Assembly (NCBI GenBank): GCA_038832865.1 | Contig: JAWBJE010000004.1 | Location: 14,217 to 78,216 of the forward strand | Reading direction: 5' to 3' | Source of the DNA: Sulfolobales archaeon | GTDB taxonomy: Archaea > Thermoproteota > Thermoprotei_A > Sulfolobales > NBVN01 | DNA length: 64,000 nt | Translations under genes and position numbers: made by a program | Shown here: one piece after another, positions 36,694 through 46,163 of the stretch | Position numbering within the stretch: position 1 is the stretch's first letter | Layout: every line of letters starts with the position of its first letter | Notes under the pieces: generated by a model | What the model was told of the DNA's origin: nothing | The model's database searches: none | Seen by the model: the letters and a program-made list of their open reading frames with translations, nothing else

Positions 36694-38328
36694 CTAGCTT
36701 TGGTCACCTTGCGGCTCGAGCTCGCTAAGTACTGATAAGTCCTTTCTCTTCTTCGCGTGCAGTTCCTCAGCTGTCCCCTTGGTTATTATTTCGTAAAGTC
36801 TAGCGACCTTCCCCGGGCTAGGCCTAAGAAGCCTACCAAGCCTCTGTACAAACTGCCTAGGCGAGGAAGTCCCGGCAACTAGGATGCCGACAGTTGCGTC
36901 CGGTATATTCAACCCCTCGTCCCCTACTGTGGTAACGACTAAGACCCCCTCCTGTTTCTCTCGAAAACTCCTTAGGATCTCTTCACGCTTAGGTCCTTCT
37001 GTGTCGCCAGTTAGAAGATACCCGCCGACTTCTTCAGCTATCCTTCGGGCAAGGTCTACGTAGTGGGCAAAGATTATGATCTTAGCGCCTTTCTCTTTTT
37101 CAACTATTTCCTTAACCTTTTCGACCTTTGAGTCGCTCATTTGAACGATCTTCCTCATCTCCGCGACCAACTTGAGAGCCTCTATGGCTCTTCGGTCACC
37201 TCTTCTAGCAGCTTCTAGAACGTCTTCGAACCTCGCCCCGTTTACTAAGTCCCGATACATCCTCTTTAGCTCGAGGTACTTCCTTCTTTCGTCAGGCTTG
37301 AGGCCTACCCTCACCGTTATGATCTCGTATTGGGCCAGATAGCCTGCTTCGGCTAGCTCCGCCGGTAGCTTGTAGTAGACTACGCCCCCCATCAGTGGGA
37401 ATAGCTCCACGTGCTTACCGTCCTCTCTGTACGGAGTTGCCGATAAACCAAGTCTTTTAGGTGCCGGGGAACCTAGCGCGATCGTCTTGAACTTTTCTGC
37501 GGGCAGATGATGCACCTCGTCGATAACCAAGAGGCCGAAATGCGGGGCCAACCTGCTTATGTACCTAGACGCAGACTGATAAGTGGTTATAGTGATGGGA
37601 GCCAGTCTCTTTTCCTCTGAGTAGTAGAAACCTATCATCTCCGGAGGTACATCTGTTGCTTTGAGGAATTCCTCATACCACTGCTTAACGTGGTCTTTTG
37701 TTACGACGACTACTAGCGCCCTTTCTCCGGTTTCCGCTATTGCTGCTATAGCGACTAAGGTCTTTCCCGAGCCGGTTGGAAGTGCGACCACCCCTCTATG
37801 GCCGTTTTTAACCCACCTATCGATAGCCTCCCTCTGATAGTCCCTTAAGGTTACCTTCAGTGAAATCCGGGCACCGAGCTCCACTCTCGTTAGAAAACCG
37901 GTCTTATCGACCACTTTAATACCACGATTTCTTAATGCCTCTACGAAGGAGCTGTAGTAATACGGGTAGATGGCAAAGAGCCTATCCTCACGCCTGTACT
38001 TCAACCTGAACTCGGATAGCGCCTCCCTCAGTCCCTCGCTGAGAAAGAAGTTAAACCTCACGTACACGTATTTCCCATCATACGTTAGCTCAGCGACTCT
38101 ACTAGGTGGAAACAAGTCTTTAAGAGAATCCTCGTCGAACTCTGCCCCCACATCGCTTAGTAGAGCAACTAACTCTTCTACATCAACCCTTTCTCTAGCT
38201 ACCTTGCTTTTGTTAACCCTAAATACCGAGCAACCACCTTCGCGTCCTACGTAGTCTGCGTACTTAACTAACTCCTTGAACTCTTCCTCAGACAGCCACT
38301 TACACACGCGTACTTCTAGAGATTTCAA
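36694..38328 (-). CDS. XPB/Rad25-type SF2 DNA helicase
   Basis: LRDYQREAI, Walker A PTGSGKT, DEVHH, the RED motif in SATPYREDG, and QRLGRLLR (motif VI). Confidence 0.85.
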   Translation of the reverse strand: MKSLEVRVCKWLSEEEFKELVKYADYVGREGGCSVFRVNKSKVARERVDVEELVALLSDVGAEFDEDSLKDLFPPSRVAELTYDGKYVYVRFNFFLSEGLREALSEFRLKYRREDRLFAIYPYYYSSFVEALRNRGIKVVDKTGFLTRVELGARISLKVTLRDYQREAIDRWVKNGHRGVVALPTGSGKTLVAIAAIAETGERALVVVVTKDHVKQWYEEFLKATDVPPEMIGFYYSEEKRLAPITITTYQSASRYISRLAPHFGLLVIDEVHHLPAEKFKTIALGSPAPKRLGLSATPYREDGKHVELFPLMGGVVYYKLPAELAEAGYLAQYEIITVRVGLKPDERRKYLELKRMYRDLVNGARFEDVLEAARRGDRRAIEALKLVAEMRKIVQMSDSKVEKVKEIVEKEKGAKIIIFAHYVDLARRIAEEVGGYLLTGDTEGPKREEILRSFREKQEGVLVVTTVGDEGLNIPDATVGILVAGTSSPRQFVQRLGRLLRPSPGKVARLYEIITKGTAEELHAKKRKDLSVLSELEPQGDQS

Positions 38329-38365
38329 CAGCTATACCATTATATCGTGTGAGTGCGGATATTAT

Positions 38366-38713
38366 TTAAACACTCAGCTGGTCGACACCTTCTCTTCTGA
38401 CTACTACGTCGCCGTCGCTCAACAGCACCAGCGGCTCTTCTATTTCGACTTCGGTACTCGACTCAACAGATGTCCTCAGCACTAAGGTCAGTATGAGATA
38501 GTCGCCTACCTTACTGACCTTCACCTTCCTAACTACAGCACGGGTTAGAACATCGGATACGACATCGCTCTTCTTTGCCTGTCGCAGCGAGCTTGTAGCG
38601 CCTCTAGCTATACCGAGAACTCTAGGCGATAGTGGCTTGCTTAAGCTAACTAGAGCGACCAAGAAGGCCAGTAGTACTAGAGTGAGCACTACCGCGTACT
38701 CCAGTCCAAACAC
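38366..38713 (-). CDS. hypothetical N-terminally membrane-anchored protein
   Basis: 115 aa with one N-terminal TM (AVVLTLVLLAFLVALVSL). Lies 37 nt upstream of XPB on the same strand. Confidence 0.4.
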   Translation of the reverse strand: MFGLEYAVVLTLVLLAFLVALVSLSKPLSPRVLGIARGATSSLRQAKKSDVVSDVLTRAVVRKVKVSKVGDYLILTLVLRTSVESSTEVEIEEPLVLLSDGDVVVRREGVDQLSV

Positions 38714-39050
38714 CTGATAAACTGCTACGAGTACCTTTGCTTTAAAGCAATCAGTTAAATCACTTAAGTAACGCAGGTCACCGAGTCTTATCCCAAATCT
38801 CCATCGTAGTAGGGTTTAGAGAGACCGCACTAACCCAATATCATCTCAAAATCTCCACTGTAATAAAGAGGACATAATGCTGCATAACAAGCGAGAAGAA
38901 GTCCTCGCTTAATCTAAGAGTTCGATTGGGGATCAAGCTTGAAACCGTAGGGGTAGACGTTAGTCGACAACTCGAGCCCTATGGGTAGACCTAGAAGACC
39001 ACTAGCTGAGCTAGGGGGTTTAGCTCTTATACAAGCTTACGTTAGTCGAT

Positions 39051-39143
39051 GCCATCGCCTCACTCCTTCCCGCGTTACACCCGGGACCCCGCCGGGCTCG
39101 GTACCTCAGGGAGAGGCTCGACCCCTCGTCGAGGCGCTTCACG
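39051..39143. ncRNA. GC-rich island with three consecutive perfect hairpins; candidate small structured RNA (identity and strand unknown)
   Basis: Visibly more GC-rich than its flanks. Hairpins: CCCGG-7nt-CCGGG (39080-39096), CCTC-5nt-GAGG (39104-39116), CTCGAC-5nt-GTCGAG (39117-39133). The only ORF here (38981..39169) translates to Arg/Pro/Gly-rich junk. Confidence 0.25.
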
Positions 39144-39300
39144 TACACTGCTGTATAGAGCGCTCATGAGAGTCTCCGTCATACTAGCCGATGCGAGCGA
39201 TGAGAAAATTGAAATAGCTACATAAGGCGTCAGCAACATCAAGTAATGTTGAGCCAGGACCCACTTAGGTTAAGATATCTGTCTGACCAAAGGTTTTAGA

Positions 39301-39311
39301 AAAGCTTATAA
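39301..39311 (+). promoter_or_regulatory. BRE/TATA promoter element AAAGCTTATAA
   Basis: Upstream of alba, 35-44 nt from the GTG/ATG. It is the identical 11-mer found at 26728-26738. Confidence 0.55.
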
Positions 39312-39354
39312 GGTCATACTAGTTTATCCACATGAAACAATTCGGGTGATAGGA

Positions 39355-39651
39355 ATGAGTGGTCCGACACCCGCGGCTACAAACGTAGTCCTAGTCGGCA
39401 AGAAGCCGGTAATGAACTACGTAATGGCTACGCTAACCCTGCTACACCAGGGAGTTCCCGAAATCGTTATAAAGGCTAGAGGAAGAGCTATCAGTAAGGC
39501 TGTAGATGCCGTAGAGATCGTAAGAAGCAGGTTCCTGCCCGACAGGGTTGAGATAAAAGACATAAAGATCGGGAGCCAGGTGCTAACTACTAGCGACGGC
39601 AGACAGTCTAGAGTCTCTACGATCGAGATCGTACTAGCGAAGAAAGGTTAA
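39355..39651 (+). CDS. albA: chromatin protein Alba
   Basis: [21 protein letters not shown]...[24 protein letters not shown]...[12 protein letters not shown] at 39355; the ORF is open from the GTG at 39346. Confidence 0.92.
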   Translation: MSGPTPAATNVVLVGKKPVMNYVMATLTLLHQGVPEIVIKARGRAISKAVDAVEIVRSRFLPDRVEIKDIKIGSQVLTTSDGRQSRVSTIEIVLAKKG

Positions 39652-39707
39652 GCACTACGTAATACGGCAAAGTAATACGGCAAATGAAGGCTAATCAGTG
39701 TTTTTAG

Positions 39708-40385
39708 ATGAAGATAAAGGAGTTGAAACTCCCCGCGCTTCAAGTCGCGCTGGACTTTACTTCTCTCGATAAAGCCATAAGCATTTTGAGTAGGATCCGC
39801 GACCTAGAGATAGGTATAATCGAAGTCGGGACCCCTTTAATAAAGTCTGAGGGGGCGAGAAGCATATCGAGAATTAGGGAGCTGGTCGGTAGGACACCGG
39901 TTCTAGCCGATACCAAGACTGTCGACGTAGGCGCTCTAGAAGCAGAAATAGCCATTAGGGCAGGCGCGGACTTTATGACTGCCTTAGCGTCAGCGGACGA
40001 CGCTGTTATAGAGTCCGCCGCTAGAGCAGCTTGGGAACTCGGGGGCGACCTCGTAGTAGACTTCATAGGGTTTAAGGGAGATATAGTGAGTAGAGCTAGA
40101 GAGCTGAGTGAAGCCGGCATATCGTCGGTAAACATTCATGTAGGCATAGACGTTCAGAGAAGACTCGGGGTTACGGCTGCCGACATGCGCAGTCTAGTGA
40201 AGCGGCTTTCAGCCGAGTTTAGCGATCTGGTCATATCTGTGAGCGGTGGGATCAAGCCTGAAGACATACCTCAGCTTGTGGACGCCGGAGCGCAAGTAGT
40301 CGTGGTTGGTGGAGCCATAACGAGGTCTCCCGACCCGCGGGAAGCAGTAGTGAGGTGCTTGAAGGCTCTCGGGAGGTCTAGCTAG
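39708..40385 (+). CDS. 3-hexulose-6-phosphate synthase-like (OMP decarboxylase superfamily)
   Basis: LQVALDFTSLDKA...IIEVGTPLIKSEG...VLADTKTVDVG...GADFMT is the HPS pattern. This is a stand-alone 225-aa protein, not fused to Phi or Fae. Confidence 0.75.
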   Translation: MKIKELKLPALQVALDFTSLDKAISILSRIRDLEIGIIEVGTPLIKSEGARSISRIRELVGRTPVLADTKTVDVGALEAEIAIRAGADFMTALASADDAVIESAARAAWELGGDLVVDFIGFKGDIVSRARELSEAGISSVNIHVGIDVQRRLGVTAADMRSLVKRLSAEFSDLVISVSGGIKPEDIPQLVDAGAQVVVVGGAITRSPDPREAVVRCLKALGRSS

Positions 40386-40524
40386 CGCGCTGTTCCTCAT
40401 GGCCTGCTCTAGAGCTTTAAGACCCTGGGTGGCTTCATTAATATCGCCCTAACACAAAGGAGGAGCCAGCTCGTAGACTCAAGGGTCCGGCTAAAAATAT
40501 ATTGCTGGAACCAAATTTAGTTGT

Positions 40525-40860
40525 GTGTCAACTATGGCCAAACTGAGTAAGCTGATACTGGTAACAGCTGACCACCACCCACTCCACAAGTACTTCAAGG
40601 AGATAGCGGAGGAGTTGAGCAAGAAGTACGGTGTTCCTTTAGACATTAGGGTGGAGGACTATTTGTTCCTAATCCAGCACGGAGATACCGACGAATACGG
40701 AATGGCTTGGTTACCTCAACTACTCGCAGAGCTAGATTCCGGAAAGATAGTCAAGGTACTGACAAAGCCTGTTCTAGACTCCATGGGGAACATAAGCAGG
40801 GACAACGATATAAGCGCTTCAGTAGCGAACATCGAGAAAGCTATTGCCGAAAAAGAGTAA
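40525..40860 (+). CDS. hypothetical protein
   Basis: 111-aa ORF in its own intergenic slot. No motif recognised. Confidence 0.4.
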   Translation: MSTMAKLSKLILVTADHHPLHKYFKEIAEELSKKYGVPLDIRVEDYLFLIQHGDTDEYGMAWLPQLLAELDSGKIVKVLTKPVLDSMGNISRDNDISASVANIEKAIAEKE

Positions 40861-40885
40861 AACCTTTTTACAGCATACTATAGCA

Positions 40886-41446
40886 CTACGCGGCGTACTT
40901 ACTGCCGAACCTGTTTAAGTAGACTATCTCCTCTAGCGGCTTTCTCGGCCTAGGCTGAGGCCTCTCCGCAGGATAGCCTAGAGCTACTATAGCTATGGGA
41001 ATATAGTTCTCGGGAAGCTCGAGCAACTTCTGGATTTCTTCGACGTTTCTGAGGGTCTGGAGCCACACTGTGCCTAAGCCTAGCGCATGTGCTGCGAACA
41101 TTACGTACATAGTTGCATTAGCGCAGTCAACCTGGTAGGATATTGGAGACTGGTTCTTATCGCATGCCACGACTATCCCAACTGGTGCCCTGAGGAGTGG
41201 TGAAGTGCCTGAGTGTAAGCCGGCTAATCTATCCTTTAGCTCTCTGTCTTTTACCACTACGAAGATCCAGGGTTGTCTATTACCAGCACTTGGAGCAAAC
41301 CTAGCTATATCGACTATCTTCAGTATCAGGTCGTCCGGCACCGGGTCCGGCTTGAACTGCCTAATGCTCCTTCTCGTAAGGAGAAACTCGATTATATCCT
41401 CACTCCTGCAACTCACGGCAACCACAATATATCTTGCTACGAGCAA
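40886..41446 (-). CDS. nitroreductase-family flavoprotein
   Basis: LLTRRSIRQFKPDPVP...ARFAPSAGNRQPW. Size is typical of the family. Confidence 0.85.
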   Translation of the reverse strand: MLVARYIVVAVSCRSEDIIEFLLTRRSIRQFKPDPVPDDLILKIVDIARFAPSAGNRQPWIFVVVKDRELKDRLAGLHSGTSPLLRAPVGIVVACDKNQSPISYQVDCANATMYVMFAAHALGLGTVWLQTLRNVEEIQKLLELPENYIPIAIVALGYPAERPQPRPRKPLEEIVYLNRFGSKYAA

Positions 41447-41487
41447 GTATTTAAAGTCTCTGGAGCCTATCTGCGTATTGATGAAAT

Positions 41488-42522
41488 ATGGAGGTCAATC
41501 CGTACCTCAGGGATAGGCTCGAGTCCGTAGACGTCAAGTCTAGGAAGCTGGGTGAGCTACTGCGGTCGATGTCTAAAACAGCTTATCAAGGCAGAAAGCT
41601 TGGGGAAGTCTATGAGATCTTGCTGAAGATGTTTGAGGACCCCAACGTCACGGTGTTCATGGGGTTAGCTGGGTCTATGGCTCCGGGGGGTATGTGGAAG
41701 ATAGTGAAGTGGTTTATCGATGAAGGATTCGTAGACGTCTTAGTGTCTACAGGAGCCAACATCTCAGAAGACATAGTTGAAGCTATGGGGTTCAGCTACT
41801 ACAGGGGGTCGCCGTGCGTTGACGACTACGACCTCCTAAAGCACAAGGTTGATAGGTTCTACGACGTCTACGTCTCAGAGCTCGACTACCGAGCTATGGA
41901 GAACCTAATCCTTGATTTCATGAAGAGTCTACCTAATGGTATCTACTCAACGGCAGAGTTTCTCTACCTCTTTGGGAAGTTCCTCAGCGAGAAGAAAATA
42001 GATTCGATAGTTTCGTCTGCCTATAAGTGGGGTGTTCCCGTATTTTCTCCAGCGCTAGTAGACTCAGGTTACGGAATAGCTGCTGTTCTAGCTTTGAGGG
42101 AAGGAAAGAGAGTTGTCATCGACATGGTTAAAGACTTTAACCAACTAGTCAAGCTGGCCGAGCATTCTCAAGATTCCGCTGTAATTTACATTGGAGGTGG
42201 AGTACCGAAAGACACGATAAACTTAGTTACAGTTGCTCAAACCTTGATTGCTGAGAAGTCGGGTAGGCACGACTACTACAAGCCACACAAGCTAGCTGTT
42301 CAAATAACTACAGACCTACCCCAGTGGGGAGGCCTCTCTGGTGCTACTCTCGAGGAAGCAGTGAGCTGGGGGAAAACCTCTCCGTGGGGCTATAAAGCTA
42401 CAGTACATGTGGATGCCACAATAGCTCTACCAATAATAGCGCACGCACTTGCTGAAGAAGTCACCACTAAGAGACCTAGAAAGAAGCTCGTAGAGCTGAT
42501 ACTACCCGAGCTGGGTAAGTAA
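41488..42522 (+). CDS. dys: deoxyhypusine synthase
   Basis: VFMGLAGSM, VLVSTGANISEDI, IYIGGGVPKD, and the EAVSWGK C-terminal motif with the catalytic Lys context. Confidence 0.9.
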   Translation: MEVNPYLRDRLESVDVKSRKLGELLRSMSKTAYQGRKLGEVYEILLKMFEDPNVTVFMGLAGSMAPGGMWKIVKWFIDEGFVDVLVSTGANISEDIVEAMGFSYYRGSPCVDDYDLLKHKVDRFYDVYVSELDYRAMENLILDFMKSLPNGIYSTAEFLYLFGKFLSEKKIDSIVSSAYKWGVPVFSPALVDSGYGIAAVLALREGKRVVIDMVKDFNQLVKLAEHSQDSAVIYIGGGVPKDTINLVTVAQTLIAEKSGRHDYYKPHKLAVQITTDLPQWGGLSGATLEEAVSWGKTSPWGYKATVHVDATIALPIIAHALAEEVTTKRPRKKLVELILPELGK

Positions 42523-42686
42523 TAGTAAACTGTATAATAACGAGTTTTTGGGTAAGCACTACGCACTTCCACCTCACGGGTAAGCTTCTGGCGACCAACG
42601 TCTAGACTAAGGGGTCTCAGAGCCGATACTGAAGCCACCTAACATCTTCGGCTACTATCAAACAAGTGGAGAGGTTTATGAGGGGG

Positions 42687-43850
42687 CTACGATGCTACGA
42701 TAGATGCGATAACGTGACCTATCATGGAGAATGCGAGAAGGTACTCAATGCCGAAGTTTGAAGCGAGGATTCCGCCTACGATCGAACCTACAGCACTACC
42801 TAACTCAACTGCTACTCCGTAGAGAAACGTTCTCTGTCCTGAGGTAGACGTTATGTATACGTTATAACTAGAGGTATTGAATACGTTGAAGAGAATAGCT
42901 GTAGCAAGAAGGTAGATTACGGCTTGCTCTACTCCAGTAATACACGTAACTAGCGGAATTAAGAGCGCTCTAGCTAGACCTGAGATTAAGCTAGTGAGCC
43001 TACCCTTGGAAACCCTAGAAATAGCTACTAAGGCAAGCGCTGAAGCTAGAGAAGATATTCCGTAAACCAGTAGAGTCTGCCCTCTACCTATGTAGTTAGA
43101 GAGCAACCTCGGAACTATTATGAAGAGAGCATCAGAGCTAGCAACTAAAATGAAAGCCCCTAGTAGAGGCCTGTAACTAGCGACTTCTTTCTCGATGTTC
43201 CACCTCAACTCTAGTGCTCCTGAAGCAGTTAGTCCGGTATCCACTATTTCAGGGAGTATAGATGTAAACTTCATGTACGCGTACACTTTATCCAGCTGCT
43301 TAGCCAGTCTATAAAGAGTCCTCTCAACTGGGAGAACGACCGAGGGTAGGGTTAGGGCGTACACGATCGATACCGCTAGTGTGAGTAAAAGCAACGTTGT
43401 AGGGGTAATTAACCCGAGGTAAACCAGTATGAGCAGTAACCCTCTCACTGAGAGAGTTACGTAGTTAAAGAAGTAGTTATACCTCGACCAAGCTTCATAG
43501 TTGACGTATTCGAGTAACGTGACGTTAACAGCTGTACGACCTAGAGAGGCTGAAACAGCGTGCAGTAGAGCATATCCTGCTGCTACCCCTATGACTTCTT
43601 TAGAGTTGACCGTGGTGAAGACGGATAGGCAAAGCAAGATAGATGAAATAAAAGCAGCTACTCTATTGAGTCCTTCCTCTACAAACCTCCCGAACAAGAT
43701 GTTAGAGGCGACAAAGACTATACTCCATAACGAGCTCGCTAATCCCAGCGTGAGCGGGTCGGCCCCGAGGTATATCGCTAAGTATAGAAACAACCACGTA
43801 TCTGTAAGCGATAGAAAAGCGAGGTATACTGATGACGCAGCCAGCCACAC
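42687..43850 (-). CDS. polytopic membrane transporter, MFS-like
   Basis: 387 aa, about 12 hydrophobic segments. No soluble domain. Confidence 0.55.
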   Translation of the reverse strand: MWLAASSVYLAFLSLTDTWLFLYLAIYLGADPLTLGLASSLWSIVFVASNILFGRFVEEGLNRVAAFISSILLCLSVFTTVNSKEVIGVAAGYALLHAVSASLGRTAVNVTLLEYVNYEAWSRYNYFFNYVTLSVRGLLLILVYLGLITPTTLLLLTLAVSIVYALTLPSVVLPVERTLYRLAKQLDKVYAYMKFTSILPEIVDTGLTASGALELRWNIEKEVASYRPLLGAFILVASSDALFIIVPRLLSNYIGRGQTLLVYGISSLASALALVAISRVSKGRLTSLISGLARALLIPLVTCITGVEQAVIYLLATAILFNVFNTSSYNVYITSTSGQRTFLYGVAVELGSAVGSIVGGILASNFGIEYLLAFSMIGHVIASIVAS

Positions 43851-43980
43851 TCGCGACCCTATCGAGCTCTCTCCTTTATTTCAAATTTAAGCTAAGAAGC
43901 GCTTACTATAGCATAAATAAGGTTTCCCGCAATGAAGGTTGGTGTCCTAGCTGAGTTTCACTCAAATTGTTTCGAGATAT

Positions 43981-44823
43981 TTGGGGCTTGCCTGCTACTC
44001 TACTGCTGCCCTACTCGCAGGGTTACTCATTACTGCTGCCCTACTCGATAGCGTTACCCTCTGGTCACTACTCTCCGCGCTTGGAGAAGAGCCTGCTTAC
44101 ATAGGGTTAACGCTTGTGCTGATGTACCTAGTGAGCCCTGAGTTAGGGATTACGACACTAGTAGCAGTACTGTTTTCCGGTTCGTTAAACGTGTTCTTGA
44201 AGTACTTACTCGGCGTCCCACGTCCACCTCCAGAGCTGTGGAGAGTCCCGGCGTCGGGTCCGGGTCTACCAAGTGGACACGCGCAGGTCTCCACTACGTT
44301 TTGGTCTAGCGTTTCAGTTAGTTTAAAGAGAAAACACATTGCGACCCTATCGGCAATAGTAGTTCTATCTGTAGCAACTTCAAGAATCGGCCTCAGAGTT
44401 CACAGTGTTTACGACGTTATAGCAGGTGCAGCGATAGGACTCGCCGTGGGCTACGCTTCTGTGATACTGCGCAAGCGCCTTGGAGTAGAAAAGGCGGCTC
44501 TATTGCTAGCTCTAGCTAGTGCTGCGATATCCTACCGAAACGTGGTCTTAGACTACGAGAGTGGTGTTTCAGCTTCTCTCCTAGGGCTCGGAGTCGGGAT
44601 AGCTATGTCGTCACCCCTACTAAAACGATCCGCACGGATCCTCGAGGTCCTTACCCTAAAGGGGAGGTCTTTCCTACTGCTTCTCGTTGTCGCTATCTCG
44701 GTAGCGACAACTGTACTTACGAAGAGCACTCCGCCGTGGTTAAAGGCGGTGGCACATACAGCATTGGGCTTCTTCATAGTTTCCACTCCCCTAATTAAGA
44801 GAGCGGTACAACACCCCTTCTGA
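43981..44823 (+). CDS. PAP2-family (type 2 phosphatidic acid / undecaprenyl-PP) phosphatase
   Basis: The three PAP2 motifs are present: KYLLGVPRPP, PSGH and SRIGLRVHSVYDV. Confidence 0.8.
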   Translation: MGLACYSTAALLAGLLITAALLDSVTLWSLLSALGEEPAYIGLTLVLMYLVSPELGITTLVAVLFSGSLNVFLKYLLGVPRPPPELWRVPASGPGLPSGHAQVSTTFWSSVSVSLKRKHIATLSAIVVLSVATSRIGLRVHSVYDVIAGAAIGLAVGYASVILRKRLGVEKAALLLALASAAISYRNVVLDYESGVSASLLGLGVGIAMSSPLLKRSARILEVLTLKGRSFLLLLVVAISVATTVLTKSTPPWLKAVAHTALGFFIVSTPLIKRAVQHPF

Positions 44824-44882
44824 GAGATAAGCGAGATTGAACTATTTAACCTAGTGGAAATCCACCTAGGGTGCGATAGAAC

Positions 44883-45342
44883 ATGATCGTAGACACACGT
44901 AACCTTCCGGAGTATAAGGTTCCCAAGCCTTACGAGAGGTCGTTGAAGGTAGTCCTCGACCCTAGGTTGGGTAACTACGATAAAGCCACAGTTCTCTCGG
45001 TCACGATCGAGCCCGGCGGTACCACCGGGCTCCATCAGCACGTATCCGATGAGATAATATACGTTATATCTGGTTGAGATAATATACGTTATATCTGGTA
45101 AAGGAACCTCTGTTCTAGTTGACGGAGATAGTGTCGTAGAGTCAGAAGTAGAGGAAGGGTACCTGGTGCTTGCGAGAGCTAGCGTTAAGCACGAAATGAA
45201 AAACACGGGTAGTGAACCACTAAAGCTATACTGCGTCTTTATCCCACCACTCCCAGCAGAAGGCTACTTTGCTGAAGCTCTTAGAGTAGCCACTAAGAGA
45301 AGTCGAGTCCTTACATCAGTGTGCTCTAGTCACTCCCAGTAG
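44883..45342 (+). pseudogene. cupin-domain protein gene disrupted by a 25-bp tandem duplication
   Basis: ORF 44883..45077 ends in ...TGLHQHVSDEIIYVISG* (cupin motif 1). Deleting one 25-nt copy continues it as GKGTSVLVDGDSVVESEVEEGYLVLARASVKHEMKNTGSEPLKLYCVF... (cupin motif 2) to the TAG at 45340-45342. Confidence 0.75.
45050..45099 (+). repeat. perfect 2 x 25-bp tandem duplication TGAGATAATATACGTTATATCTGGT
   Basis: Positions 45050-45074 and 45075-45099 are identical base for base. The second copy brings a TGA into frame. Confidence 0.97.
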
Positions 45343-45409
45343 GTTAGGTCAGCATCGATGACCGCTGATAGAGAGCTGAATATTACCGAGGCCCTATGAG
45401 TTTAAAGTA

Positions 45410-45700
45410 CTACTCTTTACGTAGCACTATCCTTAAGTACTGGTAGTTCTCGAGGTATTCTACACCGATTAAGCGGGAAACTTCTGCACTTAGTTCAGTC
45501 ATTAATAGCTCACCCCGCTCGATCAACTTCTCGGCTACATCCGCCGGCATCTCACTAAGGCTGTAGATACCTCTAGATACACACTTAGAAACTGCCGCAT
45601 ACACGTGCCTGTATGTCGAGAGCTCGGGGACATCGACAACGCAGATGTATACCTCAGCCTTCAGACGCAACCACCTCAACTCTCTTTGACTTCTGCTCAA
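45410..45700 (-). CDS. hypothetical protein, last gene of the hydrogenase cluster
   Basis: 96 aa. The 5' end overlaps the HycG-like gene by 47 nt. No motif recognised. Confidence 0.4.
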   Translation of the reverse strand: MSRSQRELRWLRLKAEVYICVVDVPELSTYRHVYAAVSKCVSRGIYSLSEMPADVAEKLIERGELLMTELSAEVSRLIGVEYLENYQYLRIVLRKE

Positions 45701-46163
45701 CTAACCCTAGAAGTAGGAGCATCCCATATATTATAGCCTCGGGTCTAACTGGACAGCCTGGGACGTACACGACTCTATCTACTTCTACACCATTCTCTCT
45801 AAGTATTTCTTCAAGCTTCTTGAAGCCTCCTAGTGTTGAGTACGTGTCCCACCAGATACCTCCCCCAACTCCGCACGACCCTAGAACTAGGATAAGCCTG
45901 GGTCTCGGCATGGCCTTAATGGTCTTTACGACCTTCGGCAGGGACTCCCTCGTTACGGGACCTGTGAACAGTATTACGTCGGCATGCCTAGGGGAACCCA
46001 CGAGCTTTATCCCGAACCTCTCTACGTCAAAGTATGGAGTTAGCGCATCTAGAACTTCTATATCGCACGCATTGCAGGAGCCGCTGTTGAGGTGGTATGC
46101 CCACACACTCCTCTTGATGGCCCTCAAAGCCCTAGCTATGTTAACACTACTCACTTCCAGCAC
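45654..46163 (-). CDS. [NiFe]-hydrogenase small subunit, NuoB/HycG/MbhJ-like
   Basis: Proximal-cluster Cys contexts: SGSCNACDIE, LGSCGVGGG, VPGCPVRPEA. Confidence 0.88.
   Translation of the reverse strand: MLEVSSVNIARALRAIKRSVWAYHLNSGSCNACDIEVLDALTPYFDVERFGIKLVGSPRHADVILFTGPVTRESLPKVVKTIKAMPRPRLILVLGSCGVGGGIWWDTYSTLGGFKKLEEILRENGVEVDRVVYVPGCPVRPEAIIYGMLLLLGLVEQKSKRVEVVASEG

Noticed and set aside
36694-38713. XPB helicase without an adjacent Bax1 nuclease as an anomaly.
   Set aside because: Crenarchaea commonly carry a second XPB copy without Bax1. Absence of Bax1 in the window is therefore not informative.
38795-38857. Two AAATCTCCA repeats 54 bp apart, faintly reminiscent of ORB/mini-ORB origin boxes (CTCCA core).
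   Set aside because: The match to ORB consensus is poor beyond CTCCA. There is no AT-rich unwinding element and no orc1/cdc6 gene in the window.
44553-45206. A 217-aa minus-strand ORF spanning the PAP2 3' end and the cupin gene.
   Set aside because: It is antisense to two genes with clear family motifs. Its translation is Ser/Thr/Arg-rich with no recognisable domain.
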